From Felis catus (lineage: Eukaryota): DNA of 64,000 nt. The stretch lies in NCBI RefSeq assembly GCF_018350175.1, contig NC_058368.1:101496001-101560000 (forward strand), in the 5' to 3' direction. Numbering within the stretch: position 1 is the stretch's first letter; each line of letters opens with the position of its first letter. The notes beneath the pieces are model-generated. The model was not told where the DNA came from and searched no databases. It saw nothing but the letters and a program-made list of their open reading frames with translations. Shown piece after piece: positions 12,480 to 26,022 of this stretch. A program made the position numbers and the translations under genes.

Positions 12480-13310
12480 TTAGAATAGCTGTCCTCCTGT
12501 CTTGTCTAGCTCAGCTCAAGTAAAAAGGAAAACTTTTAGGTATAAGAAAGGAGGTCCAGGTTGGGGAGGAAAAGACAAATGGGGTAGACTGTTTATCTTG
12601 GTGTTGCCTCATTATACTGCCTGAATTGCAGTAGGTAGTTTCTGATATGGAACACTGAAATACTGAGGTAGGCTAGGTTAGTTTTTCAGAGCTTTGGTCT
12701 GCCTCTCAGTGATTTTTTTGGCTCTGCTCTTCTCTTTGTGTTGGATTCATCCTCAGGGTGGTAGCAAGATCACATCTAGACATGCATTGGCCAGGAAATG
12801 TTTTGCACAAGCTCACCAGCATACTTTTCCTTTCATGTTTTATTGACCAGAATTAGGTCATGTGTACTTCCTCGCCAGTCATGACAAAGGGAATGGGGTT
12901 ATCATGGCTGGCTTCTGTTAATCAGGATATATCCCCTGCCATAGGGAATGGGGTCACATTTTCCTGAGTTACATGGTGAGGGGCGGATGTTTATATATTT
13001 TTTAATTTTCTTTTAATGTTTATTTTTGAGAGAGAGAGAGAAAGAGAGCGCGCACGAGCGGGCCGGGGAGGGGCAGAGAGAAAGAGACACAGAATCTGAA
13101 GCAGGCTCCAGGCTCTGAGCTGTCAGCACAGAGCTCAACGTGGGGCTCAAACTAACAAACTGTGAGATCATGATCTGAGCTGAAGTTGGGCGCTTAACCG
13201 CCTAAGCCACCCAGGTGCTCCAAAGGGTGGATATTTTTAAAAGTTGTGGGAAAGAAGAACATGGAAGCAAATGGATCTGTTAAAGAGGCAATCAATAGTG
13301 ACCGCTGCAT
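12480..13310. mobile_element. Old MaLR LTR (MLT1J/K-like), split by a SINE
   Basis: attgaccagaattaggtcatgtg..aagggaatgggg and terminal aatggat..aggcaatcaatagtg..gctgca motifs. Confidence 0.6.
12997..13221 (-). mobile_element. SINEC_Fc-type SINE
   Basis: Full body; degenerate TSD agggYggatRttt. Confidence 0.93.
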
Positions 13311-14185
13311 CTACTTGTTTTGAGAATGAAAATAAATAATGCATATAAATGCACTTTGAACTTTAAAGGGTTGTACAAATGTAACGGATGAAAGATTAGA
13401 GAGCTGCTTCTATGTTGCTATCTTAAATATGCTCAGGTATGAATATTTTAGGAGCTAAAACACTGTTAGTTTTCATATTGACTAACTTTGAGTCAATAAA
13501 ATCAGTTATCTAAGTTGTAACATTGTACCTTTTTTCCCTGGAACTCATAAAATTATTATAACTTTAAAATTTGTACCTGTGAACTTATTTAGAAATTTTT
13601 TTTCTGAGTCGCTGCCCTCTCTTCCTCTCCAAAAATTGCACATTGCCCAGGTTTTTGATCTCATCGCATTTCTTTAGTCACACCTAGAGGACAGTAGGTA
13701 CCTTGGGGAAATGGGAGTTTATCAGTCAGAGGAAGGGTTCGACTTGAATCATGGAATCATAGTAAGATAGGAGGAAAGGATAGTTTTTACCCATCTTGAG
13801 AAAAGCAAAAAAAAAAAAAAAAAAAAAAAAATTGGTGGGGGCATGGGGAGGATGGGGAGGCAGGGGCAAATCACAGAATTTTGGAATTGAAATGTAATGA
13901 ATCCTGGGACGGTTTGAGTGAAATGCTCAAGTCACATGCCTGGTGGGTGGACTCTTCTATGCTACTTGCTGGTGAGGTGTTCTTTCTGACCCAAGAGGTG
14001 GGACGCCATGAAAACATTTGTCTGCTTCGCAGTTTTGTTTGGGACCATGGGCTAGTTCTGGAAAGCAGTCAGCCAGCTGCTGTTAGTACAGATATATGTT
14101 TCCAGGTTTTGGAAAATTTTAGCTAGAGGATTTTTTTTTTAAATAAAGCAAACAGAGATTTTTAAATCTTCCCTGAAGCACAGCA

Positions 14186-14284
14186 ACACAGACACACACA
14201 CACACAGGCACACACAGACACACACACACACACACACAGACACACACACACACACAGACACACACACACACACACAGACACACA

Positions 14285-14316
<32 letters not shown>
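14186..14316. repeat. Compound (CA)n / CAGA microsatellite
   Basis: ~130 bp of CA repeats periodically interrupted by GA. Confidence 0.95.
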
Positions 14317-14318
<2 letters not shown>

Positions 14319-16044
14319 TAACCTCCAAACTGGCCTGCTTAAATAAAAATGCAGAAGTAGAATAACTTATATATTTTTAAGTTCAAGAAAGTTGTTATCT
14401 TAAAGGTTTCTGTTTCTGTAATATATAGAGAGTGTGTGTGTGTGTGTGTGTGTATTGTACATGTATAGTGAGATATGTGTATGTATATATGAAGGATTTT
14501 GACCATTGTAATTATGGTCATTGTAATTGTTGCAGTTGTGAATATACAGAGTAAATCCATCCATTCTCTGCAAGGATATTTATGTTAATGGCAGTTATTT
14601 ATGAATAGTTAAATTTAGGGTGATTTTAATTTTTATACTCTTTCTGTGTCTCTGTATTGTTTGGATTTTCTGCTATATATATTTTTGGATATTTCTGCTA
14701 TATATTATAGCAGATGGCATTATTTTTGCCATCAGGAAAAATAGTAATTTTTTTTTTTTTTGAGGAGGAAAAAAATAGAATCCTGGGGTAGGATGTTTTC
14801 CACCAACTTAGATTTTAACATATGATTTTGCTTTTATTGTATATTATCTTGAATGAAGTGTGCCTGGAATGTACTGATACTTTGCTTTTAGAATTGTACT
14901 TATTCAAATATTTTACCTTAAAATTATAAGTTGAATTTGGCCACGTAATACCTTTTGTGATGCAAGTGAATAGTATAAAAGCAGACTTCTGAATATTTTG
15001 TAATTATTAATTGTGTTACCTATCTTTTTAGCTTGTTTAAATTTCAGGTGGTATACTTGGCATTGATTTAGAGTATGTTGTATTAGAGTCAGAGTTGAAG
15101 TCACAGTTTCCTTTAGTAAAAAGGGAAGTGAAAATGTTTTTTTCCCCATATAGCCAGTCTATGTCATGTTTGTTTTCTATTTTTGTGAAATACTTATAGT
15201 CTAGCAATGAATATTTTCAAATGGTAGGCAAATATAGCAGGTAATGTCATAGGCTGAGAAGAGAGAAAATTCCTGGTATTCCACTAGTTTTATGGTGTGC
15301 AAATACATGCCTACAAGAGCTTTTAGCAAAATCCTCATTTGAAGAGCAGACGTTAATTAGTATTGTTTTGGAGGTGGAAGTAGTACATGTCAGTTGTTGG
15401 CGACATTTTTAAATACTGGTGTTTGTAGATACAGATTTTTATAAGATTTTTTAATACGATTTTAATATTATTTTATGTGCTTTTATTCTAGAGATATGAA
15501 AACAATATGAATCAAAAATATACATCTTACAGATGTGGAATCTTGTAATAGCAATATTCATTTAAAAATGGTAGATTATTTACTGGGTTCTTCTTTCACG
15601 TGAGTGTCAGGGCATATTGTGGCTCATATTCCATTATACATTGGGGTTCTGAAAATATTTGTACTTAATGAAATATCAAAATGTAATCAGCTCTTCGAAA
15701 TCATTCCTTTGATTTTGATTTATTTTCTGATAATCTGTTAAGGTTGGTAACTGACATGTGTACTGTATGTATGTATATTGTATGCTATGCTATTTATACA
15801 CATTCCAGTTACCAGCTACTAATGGACTGACTGAAAACTAAAATCCTGATTGTTGGGAATGACAATATGAGATAAGTCGAAGTGAATTTTACTATATGCA
15901 CTTGTTTAAAATTTTCCGATTGAAAATCAGTAATTTTTTTTTTTTTCTGTGACCGAGGAAATGAGAAGAAAAGTGGATAGTTTTAAAGATAATGCTTGCA
16001 GCCTTTGCTGTAGGGAGTATTACCACTGAGTTAAAAATAAGAGA

Positions 16045-16206
16045 GGCGAGCCTGGGTGGCTCAAGTTGGTTAAGCGTCCGATTTCTGCTCAGGTCATGAT
16101 CTCACAGCTCCTGAGCCCCGTTTTGGGCTCTGGGCTGACAGCTCAGAGCCTGGACCCTGCTTCGGATTCTGTGTCTCCCTCGCTCTCTGCCCCTCCCCCA
16201 CCTATG

Positions 16207-16260
<54 letters not shown>

Positions 16261-16287
16261 AATAAACATAAAAATTTTTTTAAAAAA
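16045..16287 (+). mobile_element. SINEC_Fc-type SINE with expanded (CT)n
   Basis: cctgggtggctc..ggttaagcgtccga head, CT tract, A tail; TSD aaaaataagaga. Confidence 0.93.
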
Positions 16288-16322
16288 TAAGAGAAAGCAT
16301 TTGTGGAAAAGGCAGTGTGTAC

Positions 16323-16498
16323 CAGTGGCTCTCAGCCCTGACTTCACATTAACATTTTCTGGGAACCTTAAAATGGTAGATACTGGGCTTTTATCCCTGC
16401 TAATTGATATCTGAGTCTGGGGAGTGGGGCCAGGACATTGTTACATTTTAGGTTACTACAGGTGATTCCAATGTGCTGCAGGGTTTGAAAATGACTGA
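16323..16498. mobile_element. hAT-Charlie MITE (MER5-like)
   Basis: cagtggctctca..tctgggg.gtggggccagg..caggtgattccaatgtgc..ggtttgaaaatgactg with CAG..CTG termini. Confidence 0.7.
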
Positions 16499-17428
16499 TT
16501 TCTCCTTGTCTTTATACATATCTCTTAGCTCTTAAATTTCAAGTTCCCTTTTTAATTGGGATAGGGGTGTGAAAGTGAGACAAGAAATGCACAGACAACA
16601 TTTGCAAGAGGACCAGGTTAATAGCAACTTCTCTTTATAGTTTCATACCCAGAATCCTTAGGGGTGCCATTGTATTCATTGCTTATTAGCAATTGTTGCT
16701 AAGTCCAGCAGCAAAATTAGAGGATTTTTAAAGTTTGGAAAATTTGTTAAAGGGAGATTTATCAAGAATAATTTAAGGCATCATCTCAGATGCCCCTGAA
16801 AATGTTAAGAAACCTAAGTGATAAAAACAGTCTAATTTTTAAAGTTATGTAAAGTATAAGAAGGCAAGAACTGTTGCTCATCAAAGATGTGTTAGTTTTA
16901 GCATATATTTATAATATCCTTGAGTTGTATTTTTCCTGGGGCATCAGGATGGAAGAGGTCTTAATAGTTTAGTGTAGCTGCGCTTCTACTGCTTTACTCT
17001 CTTTCATACCCTTGTTGATGAGGAATATGTGTGTTCCCCCAGTGGAAACAGTTTACTTCAGTAACAGTATATTGTGTATGTAGTATGTTGTCTGTATTGT
17101 ATATAGTCCGTAACTGTGTACATATAAATGCACTATGATGATAGGGTTTTCTGGTTATTGTATCTTGTCATTTATGACATATCAGGGTCCTTTTTTGTGA
17201 CTCATTTGCTGCAGCTTCCCATGTCACAGACCCCTTTACCAGTTATAGCCTTTTGTGGCAAAATGAGAACAAGCCGTTTTATAATGAATTCATTATGTTA
17301 AATTCCATTCAAAGAACATGGCTTTCATGGTGGCAAAATTGGATTTAGCAGTTCCTCTGTAAATTTAAGGGTTAGATATTTTGTAAACTGCTCTAGTAGG
17401 AGAATTTGTGGTAAAGAAATTTAAGAGT

Positions 17429-17614
17429 GGGGGTGCCTGGGTGGCTCAGTCGCTTAAGCATGTGACTTCAGCTCAGGTCATAATCTCATAGTTTGTGAGT
17501 TTGAGCCCTGCATCGGGCTTTCTGCTGTCAACATGGAGCCCACTTCAGATCCTCTGTTTATCATCTCTCTCTGCTCCTCCCCACCTCTTCTCTTTCAGAA
17601 AAAAAAAAAAAAAA
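17429..17614 (+). mobile_element. SINEC SINE
   Basis: ggggtgcctgggtggctcagtcg head, poly(A); TSD aaatt..gagtgg. Confidence 0.92.
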
Positions 17615-18126
17615 TTAGGAGTGGATAGAGTACATAGGACATGTTCTGTGTGAACCTGAAGAAGACTTGTATAATTATTTTGTGTTCACCAAAATTCCAC
17701 AAGAAAACCAGCACATGACAGTGAGGTTACCAGTAACATTTTGTATATACAGTTAGTAATTGAGTAATGGCTACCGTTCTAGGGGACCGTAATTTCGTAT
17801 CAACTATTCTAACATCCAGAGTGCTTTGAAAACCAAAAATATTTTCTTGTATGTTTGGCACAAATTGTGTTTTTTTCCATGAAACTTGTTTTGAACTGTT
17901 GTGTCTCTTTTTCATGAATTTGTAGGTTTCAGTGCAGAAATAGTTAAGTGTCTGATTATAATGTTCTGTCCTGTATCATCCCGGCCTTTGCACAGAATAT
18001 ATGGTGCATACACATGTATCACCCTTCAGATGCCCCTAGAAATCAGAATTCCCAATCACGTTTGACTGCAAGAACTTTGGAAAAGGGCCTGTGGAACTGC
18101 ATTAATTTGTTTCCGCTTCTTGCTTC

Positions 18127-18355
18127 TTTTTTTTTTAAAAAAATTTTTTTTTCAACGTTTATTTATTTTTGGGACAGAGAGAGACAGAGCATGAACGGGG
18201 GAGGGGCAGAGAGAGAGGGGGACACAGAATCGGAAACAGGCTCCAGGCTCCGAGCCATCAGCCCAGAGCCCGACGCGGGGCTCGAACCCACGGACCACGA
18301 GATCGTGACCTGGCTGAAGTCGGACGCTTAACCGACTGCGCCACCCTGGCGCCCC
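18127..18355 (-). mobile_element. Young SINEC_Fc-type SINE
   Basis: CpG-intact body; TSD ccgcttcttgcttctt. Confidence 0.96.
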
Positions 18356-19852
18356 CCGCTTCTTGCTTCTTGATAGAACCTACTCAGTATCTCATTCCTC
18401 TGAAATGGACTTTCAGTAAGTTGCTAGTAAATTTCTCTCACTCTTCTCCTCTTATAAATCTATACATACCAAGAGGCACTTTATTTTAATTCATGTTTGT
18501 TTAACAGTTGTTGGAAGCTTTTCTGTTTTTTTGGCACTGAGTTATTAACCCTGGTCCTGTGGGCCCCAGTGTGGTCCCAGAAGCATTGTGTAATTAGGAT
18601 GCTTGGGATGGAAAATGTTTCTGGTAACTGGCATAGCTGAGTATTCATCACACACTCTTTTTAGTCCTTGGGGTTATGTAATTTTACCTCTGCCTGGTAA
18701 CTTCATGCCAAAGCACCTGCAGGCAGCCCTCTTTTTACATATCTTGGCTTCCTTTTTCATAACAGAAAGAAGCAGGGGTGTGGTTGTAATGCCTCTGTTT
18801 TAGTTTCCTTAAACTTCCTTAATTTGTTTTTAAGACCTCACTGCAAAAATCTATATACTTAACTCGGGCTTTTTGCCCCCCAGCATCTTTACTAGTTTTT
18901 TTCTTTTCTCTCCTTTTCTTTATTATTTCACCCTCCCTGCACCCTTGAAAAGAATACTTCTCAACAAGAGAAGTTCATGATTATGGTATTGTGAATTAGG
19001 GAAAGTTCCCTGCTGGTGGGAAGGTGACAACTGTGCATATCTGGTAGTTCCCTGGAGAGGACCTTACTGTAGGGGAGTGATGACTGCACTGCTGGATAGT
19101 ATTCTGTGGACATGGTCTTTGCCTGCTTTCCCTCGCTAAACATCGAGGGGTGATTGGGTAGTGACCACTCTGGTGCATGTGCTTTTAGCTGTGTTTCTGA
19201 GTTCACCAAGATAGTAGGCGTTTTAAGGTGTAGATCCTAATGGGAGATACAGAACTTACAGAACTTATGTACCCTTGCTGTGTGCTCTGAAAGCACTATA
19301 ATTCTCATGTTCATATCATACTTTATATTATTATTTGTTTAAGCTGTGTGATGCGGCAGGGATTGTGATTGTCTTGGGTGCCATTTGACTTCCTGTTTTG
19401 GCACATGATAGGCCTCTTGTGATTGCTCTTTTGTTGAATGAATGGATTGATCACTTTATCTTTTTTATTAGGGAGATTTACAATGGAAGAACCTTGATTA
19501 AATGCCTCCAGAGGCACCGTGCTCACTCCAAACCACTTTAGTCTGAATCATCAGAGTTGTATGAGATATCTCTAACAAATACATTGGTTCTCCTTTAAGT
19601 AAAGCAACAAACACAAGCATCTGACTTTGTTACTCAGGCTTAAAAGTAGAGAAATACTTTATAGAAAGGTTTTTTTTTCTTTTTTTTTTTTAAATGGTGG
19701 AAGTTGACATTAAATGCATTTATGGGCTACTTGGAAAACTTAAAGGAAATATTCAATTTTTTGAGCACTTCACTTAATTCTGATTTTTTCCTAAGGTATT
19801 TTTTATATTAGATACAGTTTTTTCTTTCTCTTTTTAAAAATGTTTATTTATT

Positions 19853-20071
19853 GGGGCTCCTCAGTGGCTCAGTCCATTGAATGTCCAACTTCTGCTCAGG
19901 TCATGGTCTCATGGTTCATGGGTTCGAGCCCTGCGTCGGGCTCTGTGGTGACAGCTGAGAGCCGGGAGCCTGCTTCAGATTCTGTGTCTCCGTCTCTCTC
20001 TCTGCCCCTCCCCCTCTTGCACTCTGTCTCTCTCTCTCAAAAATAAATACACATTAAAACAATTGATAAAT
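19853..20071 (+). mobile_element. SINEC_Fc-type SINE inserted in the tail of an antisense SINE
   Basis: 16-bp TSD aaaatgtttatttatt at 19837-19852 and 20072-20087. Confidence 0.92.
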
Positions 20072-20274
20072 AAAATGTTTATTTATTATTGAGAGAGAGA
20101 GCCAGTGTGCGTGTTGGGGGGAGGGGTAGCAAGACCAGGAAAGAGACTTTCAAGCAGGTTCCTCGCTGTCAGTGCAGAGCCTAACGTGGGGCTCCCTCTT
20201 ACAAACCTTGAGCTCATTATCTGAGCCCAAATCTAGAGTCGGCCATTTAACCAACTGAACCACCCAGGCACCCC
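20072..20274 (-). mobile_element. SINEC SINE (host copy; rest of its tail at ~19830-19852)
   Basis: GA tract and ..ccacccaggcacccc end. Confidence 0.88.
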
Positions 20275-20319
20275 TGTTTCTCCTGTTCTTAAATTTTTGC
20301 ATGCTAAAATTCACTGCCC

Positions 20320-20880
20320 CTATAATTGCTGCACAAAACAATTCCATTAGCCCAAAATATTCCCTCCTACTGCCCCACTTGTAGTCAACTTCTTTCCCCA
20401 CTCCCAGCCGCTAGCAATCCCTGGTCTCTTCTTGGTGTCTTTAATTTTGACTTTGTCAGAATGGCCTGTGGTACGTAGCTTTTTGAAGCTAGCTTCTTCC
20501 ACTTCGTATGGTGTATTTGAGATTCATCTGTGGTGAAGCCTGTGTCATTTCTTTTTGCTGCTGGTCAGTATTCCCTCATGTGGTTGTACCTCAGCATGTT
20601 TATCCATTCACTGTGCAAAGCGTTAAGTTTCCTGATTTTGGCAGTTAGGAATAAAGCTGCCCCAAACACCCGTGTGCAGTTTTTTGGTTTTTTTTTGTTT
20701 TTTTTTTTTTTTTCGTTTTGGTGAATTTAAGTTTTCATTTCATTTGGTAAATTTCTAGGGTTGGAATTGTTGGGTCATAAGTGAAGTGTGTGTGTGTGTA
20801 ACTGTATTAGAAACTGCCACAATTTTCCTAAGCAGCTGTATACCATTTTGCATTCCCACCAGAATATAGACGAGTTCTAG
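20320..20880 (-). mobile_element. L1M 3' fragment
   Basis: gcagctgtataccattttgcattcccaccag, tttatccattcac and ggaattgttgggtcat hallmarks. Confidence 0.85.
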
Positions 20881-22613
20881 TAATAAGCAATTCCTAAAAT
20901 TAAAAATTGCCATATTGAATTATTTTTTAGTAAATAGCTTGTGAATTCGGTTGCATACCAGAACATCATGACAATAACATAGTTTTGAACGTGATATTTT
21001 TATTGCTGTAAACCTATCAGATAGATAGTGATTGGGGTGGGGGCGTTCAGTTTCTAGGGAATGCAGGCTTCATTATGTTTTGGAACTTTTCTTTCTTGCT
21101 CAGGTAAGAGAGCCCCGATCTCCGTAAGAAACACTAGACCTTAACCCTGGTGTTCCTATTGGGGCCTAAGTGTCTTTAAATTCTGTGTCTCTCTCTTCAG
21201 GCTTTTGCCCTTAATTTTGAGAAGGATTCTCTTGGTTTGGTCTGGGCCGAAACAAATCCTTAGTCTGGAGAAGTGGTAGTTTAAGATTTTCTATCACTTG
21301 TTGCATGTTTCATTCTAGAATTGTGTAGAAGTTGACTTGGTTGTTCATGATTTACTGTCAGTTACAACGTTAAGTTCTTGCTATGATGAAAATTGACACT
21401 ATTAGCTTCCGAAATAAAATTCTCAAACGTTGATTCCCTTGAATGAACCTTTTAATTTTGTGACCTTTGCCTACATGAGGCTGTTACTTGTAATTATATT
21501 TTTCTAAATTAGGAAATTGGCGCTATAGTCAGGAAGAAAAATACAATTTCATTATGAGAACTACATATGAAACAGCTACTGACTTTTCTGAAGTATTTTC
21601 TCATTTATCTGGCATTATTAGTCACTGGCCTGTTAGACCAATTAGAAGATTGAATTTATACTAAAATGTTTTCTTTTAGTATTTTTTCAAGCGGTAACCT
21701 TTTCAAGTACACTTCTCAGTGTTTTCTAAACATACTCAGATCTTGCTGAGTCAGGGTTCTCATTTTGCACATCATTTAGTGTGCTGTTATGCATAGACTG
21801 TGAATTTATTGAGGTGTATAAAGTTGTCTTCTTGGTTCTCTGTCATGTTTTGACTAGTCACTTCAATTTTTCCTTTTATGTTTGATTTCTAGTAATAAAC
21901 TGATCAGGATTATTTTAAAATTAAGGTAAAATATAGTTTAGGGGCTCTTTTTGTTTAATGAGCAGAGTACACATTTTGTGACCTCCTTTAAGTAAATTTT
22001 TTTCCTCTGGTTCATAGCTCTGTTTTGGAGAGTTGAAATCACAGTATAAATGACCTTTGATTTGTGAGGTGTTACTCTCCTTATAGTACCTCTTAGAGCT
22101 ATAAATTGCCTGCCTGTCCATACCTTTTTCTTTCCTTCTCTCCTTGAAAAAGACATGATCTTAGAAATTAACATTCCTGACCTTGCAAGAGGTAGTTTCT
22201 CTGTTCGTTCATTCATTCATTCATTCATTCACTCACTCATTTCTGCAGTAGGCCTTTAACAAATGTCTGCTCTGTATTATATGTTATATTAGACAATGGG
22301 GAGACTGAGTTGCATAAAATCTCCTTCCGTTGAGGACATCAGATTAAAAAATGGGTTCTCTCAAAGTTGAATAGTAAAAACATTGCATCTTGTCTTTCCT
22401 TTAAATTGGTTGTAAGATGTAGAGGTTTCATCAGTTCTCTTCTTCCATCAGGAAGCTCAAAGGTTGTCTTTCTTTTTGTGAAGTTAGCAGCAATTGGTAC
22501 TTTCCTACTTCCATTAGTTCATTAGGAGTTGCATAATGATGGTATTTGAATTCTGTCATTTCTTACTCTTTAGATGGGATTGTATTTAAAGAGAATATTC
22601 TCCTCATCAGTTA

Positions 22614-23195
22614 GGGCTGATCCTCATGATTAACAGATTCTATATTTGCAGTTTTCTCTCCTTGCTAACATTTATTTGTAACCCTCAAATCCACATTCTT
22701 GGTGCTTTTCCAGGCATTCACGGATATTCACATGCACGGAGTGGCAAAAAATTCAAAGTACCTGATGTGCATGTTCCCACCTAAAATCGAGCAAGGTGAT
22801 GTTCTACCTTCTTTTGCTTTCTGGTGCATTTTTGAGGCCTTTTGATTTTGCTGCTTAAAATGGCCCCCAGTGTAGTACCGAAGTACTCTCTGGTGTTCCT
22901 GAACTCCTAAAGGTTGTCATATGCTTTATGGAGAAAAGTATGTTACATGGGCTTCATGGAGGTATGAGTTTTAGTGCTGTTGGCTCTGAGTTCAATGTTA
23001 ATGACTTAATAACATGTATTAAATAAGACATCTTTAAAGAGAAACTTCTGTGAAACAGGTTGTATATTAATCATTGGATGAAAATGTGTGACCACCGTCT
23101 TGCAGGAACTGATCTTCCCTAGGAGCAGTGGTCCACTGTTCCCCATTGCAGGGTTTGCTGCAACTGTATACAACATAACTCCTGGGACCAACTGT
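22614..23195. mobile_element. TcMar-Tigger non-autonomous element (MER82-like)
   Basis: tgatcctcat..gattc.atatttgc..tttatttgtaacc and gttcccac.taa.atcgagcaaggtga motifs; ends aactg. Confidence 0.75.
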
Positions 23196-23309
23196 TTGTA
23201 GTTTTGCTCAGGTAGAGGAGAATATCCTTTTTAATCAGAATAAAAAATATAGTTAAGGGAGGCACGGAAGTCGGTAGTCTTGAAGAGGCATGGTGAGACT
23301 TTCTCTGGG

Positions 23310-23392
23310 ATAGGTTCACTGCTGTATCCTGAGACCCTTGCACTGTGCCTGGTACAGAGTACATATTCAGTAAGTATTTGTTGAATGAGAGT
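23310..23392 (+). mobile_element. L2 3' end
   Basis: gttcactgctgtatcc..gtgcctggtacagagta..agtaagtatttgttgaatga. Confidence 0.8.
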
Positions 23393-23437
23393 AAGTGCTC
23401 CAAAACAGAACAAGACTTTCCTTGATGGCTTGGAGTT

Positions 23438-23670
23438 GTTTTTTTTTTTTATTTTTTATTTTTTTTTTACATTTATTTATTTTTGAGACAGAGAGAGACA
23501 GAGCATGAACGGGGGAGGGGCAGAGAGAGAGGGAGACACAGAATCGGAAGCAGGCTCCAGGCTCTGAGCCATCAGCCCAGAGCCCGACGCGGGGCTCGAA
23601 CCCATGGACTGCGAGATTGTGACCTGAGCTGAAGTCGGACGCTTAACCGACTGAGCCACCCAGGTGCCCC
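23438..23670 (-). mobile_element. Young SINEC_Fc-type SINE
   Basis: TSD gatggcttggagtt at 23424-23437 and 23671-23684. Confidence 0.96.
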
Positions 23671-23935
23671 GATGGCTTGGAGTTTAATACCATTCCTGTG
23701 TTTGGGGTTTTCAGCCATGTTTACGTTTATAGACGATGAGATGACCTCCTCATCGACATTGATAAGGTGAATATTCCATTAATACAAATTTGATAAGACC
23801 TCTACTTGATTTTTCATTCCCATCATGCTTAAAGGATCAGGAGATGAAGGTGATGTATGCTTCTCTGGCTGTGTATATAATAAATGTTTGGGGTGCTGGA
23901 CGTGCTCAAATGAAACATTCCCTCCTGTTCCAACT

Positions 23936-24030
23936 ATTGAGAATCTACTATTCTCAACTCAACTATTGAGCTGTGATAAGGGGATTGAGAATCTACTATT
24001 CTCAATCAACTATTGAGCTGTGATAAGGGG
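23936..24030. repeat. 48/47-bp tandem duplication
   Basis: attgagaatctactattctcaa(c)tcaactattgagctgtgataagggg x2. Confidence 0.95.
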
Positions 24031-24168
24031 TATTACCAGTGAGAGTATAAATTCACCTGTGAAATTGCAAAGAGGAGGAATAAAAGATACTTTGAGGACC
24101 TATGAAATAGTCATATCCTAGTTACTAGAAAGTGGTCAGACCTGGATAGTTAGAAAATTAACTTAATT

Positions 24169-24925
24169 AGGGGTGCCTAGGTGGCTTACTTAGTCAGTTA
24201 AACGTCCAACTTCGGCTCAGGTCGTGATCGCACTGTTTGTGAATTCCAGCCCTGCGTTGGGCTCTGTGCTGACAGCTCAGAGCCTGGAGCCTGCTTTGGA
24301 TTCTGTGTCTCCCTGTGTCTCAGTCCCTCCGACTCACCCCTGTCTGTGTATGTGTCTCTCTCTCTAAAGAATGAATAAACATTAAAAAAAAAATTAACTT
24401 AATTAGATATTCAGTAATATTTATGTACATTAAGAAAATTGAGACTTCGATGGGGCGCCTGGGTGGCGCAGTCGGTTAAGCGTCCGACTTCAGCCAGGTC
24501 ACGATCTCGCGGTCCGTGAGTTCGAGCCCCGTGTCAGGCTCTGGGCTGATGGCTTGAATCCTGGAGCCTGTTTCCGATTCTGTGTCTCCCTCTCTCTCTG
24601 CCCCTCCCCCGTTCATTCTCTGTCTCTCTCTGTCCCAAAAATAAATAAACGTTGAAAAAAAAAATTTAAAAAAAAAAAAGAAAATTGAGACTTCGATAAA
24701 TTTTTTTCTTTAAAAATTGACTCAGTTAGGGGCCCCTGGGTGGCTCAGTCGGTTAAGCGACCGACTTCGGCTCGGGTCATGATCTCACGGTTTGTGCATC
24801 GGGCTCTGTGCTGACAGCTCAGAGCCTGGAGCCTGCTTCAGATTCTGTGTCTCCCTCTCTCTCTGCCCCTCCCCCATTCATGCTCTGTCTTTCTCTGTCC
24901 CAGAAATAAACATTTAAAAAAAAAT
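24169..24925 (+). mobile_element. Three sense SINEC_Fc-type copies (~24169-24392, 24452-24679, 24729-24924)
   Basis: Each has its own TSD: aaaattaacttaattag; aagaaaattgagacttcgat; aaaaattgactcagtta. Confidence 0.95.
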
Positions 24926-24974
24926 TGACTCAGTTATAACTGGTTATAATATAGTATGTTTTGATACTCCTAGG

Positions 24975-25260
24975 CTATATCTTTCAAACTTAGGAATACT
25001 TTTTGACCACAACTCATAGGAATATATTTGTCACAGCCTGTAAAAATATATTTTACATTGTGACCCAGTGATACATATGCATTGATATAAAGAACAAAAA
25101 CAGAATCTCATTGAACTAAACTATTCTTTATGACATATGTGTACTCCATTTTTTTTTCTAATTAATACTATTTCATTTAAACAAGTGCTGCTTGAGACTT
25201 ATTATATTAGTTTAACAACCTGCTAATTTAGGGTCATGATCTGCAGTTTGGAGAACACTG
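24975..25260. mobile_element. hAT-Charlie-type DNA transposon relic
   Basis: Ends gggtcatgatctgcagtttggagaacactg; family uncertain. Confidence 0.5.
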
Positions 25261-25779
25261 CTCTAATGGAACTGATGGCTGTTTTTAAAGACTAGAATAT
25301 CCTGGATCTTGATAGGCATATACAAGGGGCATCACTGAAATCAGGTTTAAAAAATGTTAAGTGTTGTAGATGAAAGTTACTAAATATCTGTGAGACAAAA
25401 TAAGTTTCTGTAGTATGTAATTAGAGAAATTAATCTCCATTTTTGACATTACAGTTAATGATTTAGCTTTTAAAAATAAGTGTTTAGTCTTTTCTTAGAC
25501 AACCACAGTTGAGCTCATGCCAGAAACCAGTAACTGGGACATTTGCTGCTAATAGAAGCATGTGATATAACAGCAAGCCGTCATATCACAGATATCTTTC
25601 TTCATTTAAATTTCGGACAAGCCTGGAGACATGTATTGTAATGTAATTTTTAGAGACTGAATAAAGCATTTGAAACACTGAATGGGTTATTTCATATACT
25701 AAACGTGGACTTTTTCATTTCAGATAACAAAGCAGTGAGAAATCGATGCTCTGACAAGCAACATGTGAAAAAAAGTTAA

Positions 25780-26022
25780 TTTTATTTTTGTTTTTTATTT
25801 ATTTATTCAATTTTTAAAAATATTTGTTTATTTTTGAGAGACAGGGAGACAGTGCACAGGCAGGGGAGAAGCAGAGAGAGGTAGGGAGACACAGAATCCG
25901 AAGCAGGTTCCAGGCTCTGCGCTGTCAGCACAGAGCCCGACGTGGGCTCGAACCCACAAACCTTGAGATCATGACCTGAGCCAAAGTCAGATGCTTAACC
26001 GACTGAGCCACCCAGGCACCCC
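25780..26022 (-). mobile_element. SINEC_Fc-type SINE
   Basis: Full body; TSD aaaaagttaat. Confidence 0.93.

Noticed and set aside
24452..24530. tRNA-like A/B boxes (tggcgcagtcggttaag..gagttcgagccc) as tRNA genes
   Set aside because: Heads of tRNA-derived SINEs followed by SINE body, A tail and TSDs; no complete cloverleaf
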